Assembly: GCA_043806595.1 (NCBI GenBank)
Contig: JAZDGU010000009.1
Span: 1-25,171 of the forward strand
Reading direction: 5' to 3'
Origin: Candidatus Micrarchaeota archaeon
GTDB lineage: Archaea; Micrarchaeota; Micrarchaeia; Norongarragalinales; SBBD01
DNA length: 25,171 bases
Shown piece by piece: positions 11,301-16,800 of the stretch. The position numbers and the translations under genes are program-made. Within the stretch, counting starts at the first letter, position 1. Every line of letters begins with the position of its first letter. The notes below the pieces were generated by a model. That model searched no databases. It was not told the origin of the DNA and was given only the letters and a program-made list of their open reading frames with translations.

Positions 11301-12273
11301 CGGCGGGGAGGAGTACGTGTTCGCGGTCAGGGGAAGCGACAGTTCCTACCAAATCCATAAATTCAGGGCAACGGGAACGACTTTGGCCATTGTCGGAAAT
11401 TACGATTTGGAGTTCAACGGGGTTATCGGCTACAACGCTTTGAGCATGGGACGGTACGAGGGCAACGCCGAAATCGTGGTTGCCACAGCGCACAGCTTGA
11501 GCTACATCTGGGCGCGCAACGCGGAGACCATGGGCTCGCCGGGATTTTTCTTCCACGGCACCAACGACGAGAGGTCCGTCTGGTATCCCGCGGATGCGGA
11601 AACAATCGCGCAGGACGGGAAGTTCGTAGTAGTGGAACGGCTCGTGAACGGAAACGGGGGCAACCGGGTGCTGGTCCTGCCTGCGAGTCCGACGGACCCG
11701 AACGGCATTTACTGGGACAAGCTTGCGGTGTTCGGCACTTGGAGGGCCGCGGGAGCAGGTTCAACTGGCGTCAACGACGCGAGGTCCGTTGCCTACGAGT
11801 CCAGCGGCGGGCGTTCCTTCATCTACGTCGCGGACTCCCGCAACAACCGCGTCGTCAAGCTCGAGTACACGGAAAGCCCCGCCGCACCCCCGCAGCAGCC
11901 GGACGCAGGCAGGACGCTGACCGCTTCAAAGGCGGAACCCATACTGACTTTCGCAAGCGAGCTTCCGCAGAAGCCGGGCAGGACCGTCCCGGCTTCGAAG
12001 ACCCCGGCGGCCCCGTCCCCGGCCACGCCGGCTCCAGCCTCGGCTTCGCCTTCACCGTCGAAAAGCCCTGCGCAGGACTACGGCAAGGGTCCGGGAGGCG
12101 GCGACGCGTCGGCTTCATCGGACGGCCAGCAGGCTGCGGTGGTTTCGCCCCCGACTACCTACATCAAGACGCGCTACGTCCGCGACGCCTCCGGGAACGT
12201 CATACTGGAGGACCGCTACCTGTTGACGGGCGTCGACGTTGCGACGTTCTGCGCGCCACCCGGCGCTTCCTGA
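2392..12273 (+). CDS. Giant secreted SpvB/TcB-like YD-repeat (Rhs) shell protein with FG-GAP, Cys-rich, PPC and NHL-like modules; lacks the Rhs core (3,293 aa)
   Basis: Signal peptide MRRMAWLSALACLVVFLGSAAA; GGTGA at 2376-2380. SpvB-like start (ISVPLFNLKGRSGLDFPLALSYS...GLGFSL); CGNGIREKGEQCD Cys-rich repeat; many YD repeats (YDTFGH, YDDLNRL, YDSLGSL, YDAAGNL, YDALNR, YDTAGNV, YDNLYRL, YDANGNR, YDAENRL); FG-GAP motifs; seven xxCC...PNxC repeats; two PPC-like domains; IYVADSRNNRV. No FTGKE, GARYY or terminal DPxG core. Confidence 0.9.
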   Translation: MRRMAWLSALACLVVFLGSAAADTSIGDPSVTKFTEVKGGGDPSYTGSSGISVPLFNLKGRSGLDFPLALSYSPGIRTHQEAGPAGLGFSLVAGSVQRGVVGFADDLVRQGFYRHDTHSVGAACVDDLSGEIRSCGVGNCGELQVRVDDCKVRGASTCDEALGGGSPRISKYCRSLACVGPNGYVDSCHIDNGRSADDVCDKDAGYRIMEVFGECVAGTAITSCLNGYSNCVPEYDNVNTVARDGALYYSDRGASGYEFSEGLRQDNYFASFPGGAAQLMFYDENGEGSGGVHFTPVSWKPWKIDYSAGLEAGTGISSFTITDDSGVRFIFDEVSDSSYSGGNYPNVEVQDGYDEEYVAATTSFNGHIFSAASYDFWRSQNFNHDWACRKTCICPYPYEDGAGFYHSAGDSVAVPFSGNVPEELYGYLTGDKNFQYQIKFWAPKKETSDGIRCYYEGEAPTFVAKESKGASGGGICGNGIREKGEQCDGADNDFSCNGFTPYCNDDCTIPFQECGADLCQENSVPGNPAGWSCEDGKAWDADDGEPGWYDYGDVDCHATGGIYRVPVFGKCHVAQQSADGSIKARATGVQSDRASHATAWHLTRILSADYGDREGGAEGPSPDDFGSYVEIKYADYGGKIDDSNGMVVSRQLFGGTGTFFSYDVPGEGPRYLQVNSKSETVSESVVKVIDEIRTPLFKAKFHYDSAPPTGGVPQLEDVAVTDLAGQQVSKMKFDYATSNRLKDPDNGGHGERTLLKVTQCGRTDAACLPPTEFNYGDRASQADNPDFSAKAKDGKGLKTINTDPWGFYSGTFRRWQGSGACSGNDDPRCKWVSDENSDAWSLRKITYPTKGTVGYEYESSDYAWTPSGAVQETAGGGPRVKRINANFFEDDNGNPSSTVTEFEYSEGYATQAPFHNNEYYDENSGTAVYSIPWNTVGMVDNYVAYDWVKTATPSDGSMGYTKTYYTTPQEVPDETPYAFKSGVYTREGFQPVPGFLTSNEWKRGHVEKVEVYRSGVAEPVAKTENFYDDPASLRAFPVPGGEFYDESGLRHSTVPAYAILSGWKRVGSEQSTIDGIATRKAYQYNPVNGRVRSVTEFNSPNRITLADYAFEQYPFMLEANMLSQASGTRTYLDANANGVFDGQDQLYAKGKTDWAQFEVGYVNGEWTGDPFWDLKHEFDANTHVYAGWLTSSIGTINNNKIILVGNHNADYGFPSYNYTYNVYVVTDAFGGGITQDDSYIGNLNISAHGNANFVDIDGDGTSELFTDYRDYHFPGNEVEAFKWQEEQWALSSGLLPSELRNLDGTTCTIYSSYGDLDCDGDQDLVIQLHSAVADACQLGPNGYRVFENTGTRFSPSWRLMGDDSHIRGIDLDFHNNIKQFDLGDIDSDGDNDLIYSGSNLNPRVQVYENTAPSSCPKSPVFSRKVEWETGLDFEQDDHVYSVLGGLEHFDNDGRIDLFYNDWSCNWDGCALYPRLLKFFRFNPDADPGLIPITAVHPSADYAWKDADGDHYDDGGEFVLQARYDSYDTFGHATETTDARGNKNWLYYGDNDECGSQGSGGGGGSLNHGYLTCTENSLGQKTKAAYDFTGNPVSITDANGQATGFGYDDLNRLQSKTLSGGVLAEWYSYSYANDIATEKNRVQTKKYLSPSSFVEANAFADGLGRDLQSSVRKQASSSTRSSTVYNALGAVVKRFEAYDVDAPADGYSSAVPEGTQAASVSYYPDPLGRPSASYSVGSAVPVVTTYSGEADQFVTEVTDENGVTTKSYRDKLGRVKTVVRDLGGPDQQTVSYLYDGPTERVKEERMPNGQIISYTYDSLGSLKTITHPDMSGSIANVYDAAGNLIRRTDARGIVVGYDYDALNRRIAVDYGDDQAFGYGESQFSYDAYPEGNCGSPLEFDNPKGRLTRAVGFDPDTGWQNFDYCYEYDGRGLLRREAKEVGGGADNTYVTRYSYDTAGNVKTVTYPGGEVAAYNYNSKGELESFTAPADESGHTTTSYLYNPDGSLGKATYPNSVVTDYAYNARKWVNSISLTGLKEGASAAAWSETIPDGAGGYDPVGNILRINENYDVPNGGGGYSNYASFTYDNLYRLGTVTDGNRFHRGFDYRYDANGNRLREGGTADNYAYDPARKDQLNAVDPGPGTHAVSFGYDANGNVETEEGARNFGFCIARSLGAGSFMLAGVDAPVDSPVNVVYDDGANSYEWGTFPVEAYYAESEHCFADEAGPLSPATRIVLSGPGSGGIPAGWYGESHAPSNFRVYPSSLNPYYQTRYYYDAENRLVQANYMTEAGAVTACSKFTYDSSGDRIEKAEPVISSVVTPPPDGACCAADGSCSLAQQGSCGGAWNGAPSCSPNPCEQPPGGGGVCCWMSGWCTANIAQEDCVGGNEGTWDPDHNTCSPNPCPQYPVGVCCTQSYNFCALTTEAVCSQQLQEGNGIGGWHSGWNSCTPNQCDGNDECPGQLIACGDWYSGFMQPSDTDWYGFHAEAGRQVRIYLKSDQAAVLDAELRFGCGGQVLWQRRLTGGQHVYEDYSAAASGQYQLKIFNTQGSNFGKYTLQISNCGSPPAQGACCAADGSCSLAQQGSCGGAWNGAPSCSPNPCEQPPASGECCLQDESCSLLSQADCVGQGGAYQGGGGACSPNPCQSIDSCAASRTVSCGDTVTPAYLHFNDKDWYSVVVPAQTRLTLATDAVNPGDDTDTYIELYRSCGSQILAQDDNGGPGSYSLISDYVPAYYDDYNLKVRGRYPGSTGPYKVTFTCTAPPADAACCLPGGSCQPLDQTQCYGQGGQYYEGVSCQPNPCGELPLAACCSQDGSCQMLGQNACYGQGGDWTNYGYCSPNPCPPPVPQGRLDYVAQSQGAVELPFLIALEQAATPYYYVVTATEQILTCPRAMNSACVPITFTQPGGGAFAFDNPNGLAAVYNGGSTRLYITDNTYPKKLYLAIKTGVATAEVYEVYSNPTGSRIDGVSAHVAGGEEYVFAVRGSDSSYQIHKFRATGTTLAIVGNYDLEFNGVIGYNALSMGRYEGNAEIVVATAHSLSYIWARNAETMGSPGFFFHGTNDERSVWYPADAETIAQDGKFVVVERLVNGNGGNRVLVLPASPTDPNGIYWDKLAVFGTWRAAGAGSTGVNDARSVAYESSGGRSFIYVADSRNNRVVKLEYTESPAAPPQQPDAGRTLTASKAEPILTFASELPQKPGRTVPASKTPAAPSPATPAPASASPSPSKSPAQDYGKGPGGGDASASSDGQQAAVVSPPTTYIKTRYVRDASGNVILEDRYLLTGVDVATFCAPPGAS
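9358..10912 (+). repeat. Seven Cys-rich xxCC-x4/5-C...C-x-PNxC repeats interleaved with two PPC-like domains
   Basis: Units begin GACC, GVCC, GVCC, GACC, GECC, AACC, AACC; 9358-9467 and 10087-10196 are 109/110 nt identical. Confidence 0.9.
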
Positions 12274-12308
12274 AATGGCACAACAATAAACATAGTATCG
12301 GGTTTTCC

Positions 12309-13613
12309 ATGGTAATGCGCGCGAAAAAGCAGGCTGGAAGGAGTTTCAGGCTGGGCCGCCGGGCTTCGCGCGTCGTCGCCGGGGTTTCGTTGCTGGTCAT
12401 CGTCTGGGTTTTGCTGGACGCGGGCGGCTTGCGGGGTTTAGTCGGCTCGGTTGGCTTGTTGTTGGCGCCGGGCGCGTCATCCGGCGCGGGTGACTTGGGT
12501 GAGGCGGTTGCGTCTCCGCCTCCTGCCGATTCCGGCGCGTTTGGCGGCGTGCAGGGCGCTTTGGCGGAGACGAAGCTCTCCACGACTACGTATTTTTACG
12601 GCAACGGCGTGGTTTCCTCGCGCAGGGGCGGCGTGTCGACTTACTTCCACCGGGATTATTTGGATTCGGTGAGGCTGCAGTCGGACAGTTCGGGGCAGAA
12701 GAGGTTTGCCTCGCGGACTTCGCCTTTCGGTTCCGACGTTTTCGTTTCCGGCGGCGCTGCCGGCGCGGGCAACGCCTACAAGTTCACGGGCAAGGAGTCT
12801 GACGTTGGAAGCGGGCTGTATTATTACGGCGCGAGGTATTACTCGCCCGCCGCCGGAAGGTTTTCCGCCGTCGATCCGGCGTCCTCCGGCTCGGTGAGCC
12901 CCTACGTTTATGCCGCAAACAATCCGCTGAAATTCGTGGATCCGACGGGAGGCAAGCCGGTTGCCGCAGTGCTCGTTTCCACTTACGCCGCCGATCACAA
13001 CGGCGCGTATTCCGATGAAATGTTGCGTTTGACGATTAATGAGTTGTCAAGCCGTTTTGACGTGTATTATGTTCGGGGCGGCGGATTTCAAAATGCGATA
13101 TACGACGCGTATTCCCGCTCGGGAGGAAGGAATGTCGACCTGTTCGTCGGGATGTGGCATGGGGGGAAAGGCGGATTAGGACTTCCTGGCGATTTCCGCG
13201 GAGGTTTCAATCCATCCTCATTCAGCAGATGGATCCGTCCGGACGCGGACAAGCTGCCGATAAATCCGGGGGCGGCCTGCGTCCTCCAATCATGTCGTGG
13301 TGCCGATCCTGGAACGAACGGGGTTTCACAAGCGGACTTGTTCCTTTCTGCGGTCCCCCAGTTTGGGTCTGTTTTTTCATCCGAGACCGATGTTTTTGGA
13401 CCGCCAGTCATTTACAAATCACATCCTATGGCCAATGGGGGCATGCTTGTCAAAATGGGTAAGGGTCACGAGGGAATTCCGCCGAGTGGTTTCGGAACGA
13501 CCCGTCTTAGTTCCATATTATTAGACGTGGATTTGTTTTTTTTTTTCCGGCAACGGCGAAATCTCCTGGGATTCAATGATTGCGTTCCCAAAAAAGCCCG
13601 GTGGAATCGTTGA
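12309..13613 (+). CDS. Rhs core 'cartridge' 2: basic/hydrophobic leader + Rhs-associated core + caspase-like (clan CD) His-Cys C-terminal domain; may extend to 13725 if the T11 tract is T10
   Basis: Leader MVMRAKKQ...RVVAGVSLLVIVWVLL; same core as cartridge 1, ending NNPLKFVDPTG (12950). C-terminal DHNGAY, LFVGMWHGG (His 13158), CVLQSCRG (Cys 13293). Start moved from 11739, which overlaps the giant gene, to ATG 12309 or 12315. Confidence 0.82.
   Translation: MVMRAKKQAGRSFRLGRRASRVVAGVSLLVIVWVLLDAGGLRGLVGSVGLLLAPGASSGAGDLGEAVASPPPADSGAFGGVQGALAETKLSTTTYFYGNGVVSSRRGGVSTYFHRDYLDSVRLQSDSSGQKRFASRTSPFGSDVFVSGGAAGAGNAYKFTGKESDVGSGLYYYGARYYSPAAGRFSAVDPASSGSVSPYVYAANNPLKFVDPTGGKPVAAVLVSTYAADHNGAYSDEMLRLTINELSSRFDVYYVRGGGFQNAIYDAYSRSGGRNVDLFVGMWHGGKGGLGLPGDFRGGFNPSSFSRWIRPDADKLPINPGAACVLQSCRGADPGTNGVSQADLFLSAVPQFGSVFSSETDVFGPPVIYKSHPMANGGMLVKMGKGHEGIPPSGFGTTRLSSILLDVDLFFFFRQRRNLLGFNDCVPKKARWNR
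12549..12950 (+). repeat. Second copy of conserved Rhs core block
   Basis: Collinear with 1159-1560 at offset 11,390. Confidence 0.95.
13536..13546 (+). repeat. T11 homopolymer inside cartridge 2
   Basis: 11 consecutive T; the adjacent frame stays open for 59 codons to TGA 13723-13725. Confidence 0.9.
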
Positions 13614-13740
13614 TCCGGACCCTAGCTTCTATTCTGACTTTGCCCGCGGCTTATATTCCATTTCCCCGAAAGACTTTTTTACCACATATGAAGAATTCGG
13701 GATAGCTTCCGAAATTAAGCGTTGATTCAACCCTATAAAT

Positions 13741-13836
13741 CTGGCCGGGAAGCACCGGCCCTACGAATGTTTGAAGAACTCGTTCTCCGTGTTTTCCGTT
13801 CCGAGGCGCAGGGACTGCCCGGCGCACCCCGCATAA
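13741..13836 (+). pseudogene. Duplicated E1 3' fragment (attR-like right repeat)
   Basis: Translates LAGKHRPYECLKNSFSVFSVPRRRDCPAHPA* versus E1 LAGRFLLYDGLMNSFSVFSVPRRRDCPAHPA*; no start or upstream E1 sequence. Confidence 0.92.
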
Positions 13837-13875
13837 CGTTTTTATTCGCCGCCTGCCTTCTCAGTTGAGTGCCGA

Positions 13876-16800
13876 ATGCGCCCAACAGCATCAATTGTCC
13901 CCCTGCTGCTCCTGCTTTCATGCAGCGCCGCGCTCGCCCACCCCTTCACCTTGTTCACGGCGGACCAGGTCGCGCCGTTGAAGGCCAAGATGACGGACGG
14001 CCTGGGCCCCGACGACGCGGCCTACGCGCAGGCGGTTGCTGCAGCCGACGCGAGGCTTTCCGCCCAGGATTCCGCAATCTTCGAGTACAACGACATCTGG
14101 GCCATCACCCCGGTTTACATAGAGGAGCAGGCGTTCGCGTATTACTTCGGCGACCCCTCGCGCCGCCAGCTGTACCGCGACCGGTGCGTTTCAATGGCTC
14201 GCTACCTTACCGACAACTTCCACCCCGACAACAATTGCGCCGGATGCAGCAACGACTATCCCGAGCAGGACAATCCGTGGATCCTCATCGCGCTTGCGGA
14301 GGCCTACGACATGTGCTACAACGAATTCGCCGCGAACGGCCCCGAGAAGGCCGCGCTGCGGCAGGAAATCGAGGCCTATCTCAGCTATGCGTTCACCGCG
14401 GCATGGCCGCACGACTGGAAGCGCCAGATAGAGGACTATGCGAACGGCAACTACCACGCGAACATCGGCGGCAGCATGATGTTGGCCGCTCTCGCGATCA
14501 AGGACGAGGGCTCCAATTCCGCCCTCTATCAGAACTCGGTCGCGCTGGCCGACGCAGCGATCAGGGGGGTGCTTTCGCACACGATTGCGGCCGACGGTTC
14601 CATAACGGAGGGAGTCGAATACGGCGCGCTCAGCCTGCACGGCATATTCTTCGGCGCGGTCACCCGCAGCCACTACGATGGAACCGACTACTTCGGCTCA
14701 CAAGGCACGCGCGTACTCGAATGGTTCGCGTTCAACGCCGTTCCCGAGGGCAGCAGGCGCGGCCACAACTGGAACGACGCTTCAACCTACTCCTCGCCGT
14801 ACTATTCCTGGAACGCGTTCCTAGCCTTTGCACTTACCCGCTACCAGGGGCCGCTGGCGAAGTGGGTGCATGAAGCGTTCGCCGGCCCGACGCCCCTCAG
14901 CAGGCCGCTTTACGCCTTATTCGCGCAAGACACGCCTTCGCAGGACCCTTCGGCGTTCATGCCGGACTCAATGCTTTTTTTGGAAAACGGCCAGTACTTC
15001 TACCGGAGCGGGTGGAGCATGGGGTCGGGCAGCCGCGACATACATCTGACCTTCTATTCCGGGCCATTCCGCAGGGGCCACAACCAGGAGGACAAGAACA
15101 CCTTTTCCATTCTCGGATACAAGGACAGGCTGATTGTAGACACAGGCGATTCCAAGGGCGCGGGGTGGTGCAGCGACCCTGCCACCGCGACGGAGGGCCA
15201 CAACCTCGTCCTCGTCAATCCGCCAAGCGATTACTGGGACCAGAACGGCAACAACCAAATGGATCCCGGCGAGGCCTTGGGGTATCTCGGTCAGGCCGGC
15301 GCCGGCGGTAACTGTGGCACCGACGGCTACATTCGTTCATCGCTATTATCCCCGGCGTCGGATTTCCTTCACGGCGACGCGCGCGAGGCATACGTGCAGC
15401 ATTCCCTTGCGTTCAATCCGATGCCGGAGTGGAACTGGTGCAACCACGCCTACAACGGCGGGACATCGCCGTCAATCCAGTGCGCTTATTCCCCCGTAAT
15501 GGAGAGGGCAAACCGCTATTTATTAATCGTGAAGCCCCTCGCCGGCGTTCCCGCATACATGTTGTTGGCAGACGACACGCGCGTGGATTCCGGGGCGCAG
15601 AACGCGTACAAGTTCCTGCTTCATACGGAGTACAAGACCACTTCCCCTTCCGACAGGAACACGTGGACTTTTTCGTCCAATCCATTGCGCGTCACCGGCG
15701 AGCGCGGCGGCTTTCTCGACGTCTACTGGGTATCCCCGCAATATTCGCCCTCGCTCTTCGCCGACTCCCAGTACAACACCCGCAACGACGCCCCGTACTA
15801 CAACCACGACGGGTTCAACCGCCGCCTGGACGCGACTCTGACAAGCGGAAACCCGCAGTGGTTCATGGCCCTCTTTCCCTACGACGGCCAGGTCTCCGCG
15901 CCGTCGTATTCCACGCTCTCCCTATCGCAGGGCTACGGCGCGCGCATGCAGTTCGCATCCGCGACGGACTACGGCTACTACGGTCCAGACAGCAGCATCC
16001 AGGGAGGCGGGGTAAGCGGGAGTGCGAAAATGGGTTGGGTGAGGGAAAGCGGCGGCATGCCGTCGCGCTACGCGTTCGCCTATGCGACGTCGTTTTCCAA
16101 GGACGGCAGGCAGCTCCTGCAAGTCAGCGGCCTGCCCGCGCACGTCTCCACCGACGGCACGACCTTGTACGCGAGCAGCCGCTTCAGCTCGTACACCGTA
16201 TTCGGCCCTTCCATCACTTCGGCGACGGCCGGCGGCCAGGCCCTGTCTTTGTACCGCGCCGGCGACTACCGGCTCGCGACCCTCACCCCGCCGCAATCGT
16301 GCGCCGCGCAGGGCGGTAGCGTCTGCACCCCGTCCCAGTCCTGCACAGACAACCGCTGGACTTTCGCGCGCGACTCCGACTACTGCTGCCTGGCGCAGTG
16401 CGAGGGCGTCGTCACTCCCACTCCCACGGTTACCGCGACGCCGACTGCCACTCCTACCGCGACTCCGACGGCAACTCCGACCGCTACTCCTACGGCTACC
16501 CCGACGGCAACTCCGACCGCTACTCCATCAGCGACTCCGACCGCTACTCCTTCCGCCACCCCGTCTGCCACGCCGACTGCAACGCCCACTCCTTCACCGA
16601 CGCCGACCCCAGAGCCTTGCGGTGAGGAGGGCGCGCAGGAGGAATGCGACGCCGGCGGGTGCGCGGGCATTCGGGAGTGCGGCGCGGACCTGGCTTGGGG
16701 AGAGTGCGTGAAGAACGACTTGTGCTGCGGCGTAAGCTGCGACGACGGCAATTCCTGCACCGCGGACTCGTGCGGTGCGGGCGTTTGTTCGCACGTCTAC

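Larger units (their letters stand above)
742..13836. mobile_element. Putative genomic island (13,095 bp between repeat copies) inserted at the E1 3' end, carrying the Rhs genes; no integrase visible
   Basis: Bounded by a direct repeat of the E1 gene end; contents are accessory toxin/adhesin-type genes. Mechanism is inferred. Confidence 0.65.

Noticed and set aside
11739..12308. Cartridge-2 frame is open 570 nt upstream, so a -1 frameshift could fuse it to the giant shell
   Set aside because: No evident slippery site; a fusion would put an AT-rich spacer and a TM-like segment inside the shell; cartridge 1 has the same stand-alone layout. Long open alternative frames are common at this GC. Not fully excluded without reads.
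13667..13678. cgaaagactttt also found at 841-852
   Set aside because: Only 12 nt; one copy is a promoter candidate and the other lies in the probable extended coding frame. Likely chance.
742..13740. Integrase, transposase, tRNA, T6SS (VgrG/PAAR) or TcA-like delivery genes
   Set aside because: Looked for but not found; the three Rhs genes fill nearly all of the interval.
16414..16611. Tandem repeats as a possible CRISPR array or non-coding VNTR
   Set aside because: No spacers; variation falls mainly at synonymous positions of a TPTA protein linker. No CRISPR array or cas gene was seen in the window.
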